The notes under the pieces were generated by a model. It made no database searches and had not been told where the DNA came from. It saw only the letters and a list, made by a program, of their open reading frames with translations. A stretch of 64,000 nucleotides of DNA, from assembly GCF_009914755.1 (NCBI RefSeq), contig NC_060925.1. One strand, given 5' to 3'. Of this stretch, positions 63,714 through 64,000 are shown piece after piece. Every line of letters begins with the position of its first letter. The stretch's first letter is position 1. Position numbers and translations under genes: made by a program. The DNA comes from the human T2T-CHM13v2.0 reference genome, Homo sapiens.

Positions 63714-63779
63714 TGTTTTGTTTTGTTTTGTTTTGTTTTGTTTTTAAGAGAGAGGGTTTCATTCTGTCACCCAGGCTGA
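63714..63779 (-). mobile_element. Short Alu 3' fragment with (TTTTG)n tail
   Basis: (ttttg)n followed by 'gagagagggtttcattctgtcacccaggctg'. Confidence 0.7.
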
Positions 63780-63849
63780 AATGGCCAGCAAGGAACACAT
63801 GTCAACATAAGCTTCACAACTGGGAAGTCTTGTATAAAATAACAAATCG

Positions 63850-64000
63850 GGCTGGGCACGGTGGCTCACGCCTGTAATCCCAGCACTTTGGGAGGCCGAG
63901 GTGGGCGGATCATGAGGTCAGGAGATCGAGACCATCCTGGCTAACACCGTGAAACCCCGTCTCTACTAAAAACACACAAAAAATTAGCCGGGCGTGGTGG
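63850..64000 (+). mobile_element. AluY, cut by the window edge
   Basis: 'ggatcatgaggtcaggagatcgagaccatcctggctaacac', many intact CpGs. Confidence 0.93.

Overview
Primate (most likely human) genomic DNA, AT-rich and dominated by interspersed repeats; it reads like the interior of a large intron or an intergenic region. No multi-exon protein-coding sequence could be recognised and no host gene is named. Main content: a full-length but inactivated L1PA7-like LINE-1 (1491-8220, target-site duplication intact, AluY nested in ORF2), about 18 Alu/FLAM copies or fragments, solo LTRs (MER50, MLT2A, THE1B), hAT DNA-transposon fossils (MER1B, MER94, MER119) and older L1M/L2/MIR/MLT1 fragments. Structure the repeat catalogue does not explain: (1) an old ~1.05 kb inverted duplication (46390-47447 / 48087-49451) able to fold into a very long hairpin, bracketed by an inverted Alu pair; (2) a tailless 5'-half tRNA-Gln retrocopy with direct repeats inside that hairpin's loop; (3) a perfect 34-bp-stem hairpin at 54690-54771; (4) a perfect 19-bp palindrome carrying a consensus splice donor on both strands at 43116-43156; (5) three speculative minus-strand short first exons (ATG followed by a splice donor). 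Subfamily names come from recalled consensus sequences, not from a database search.
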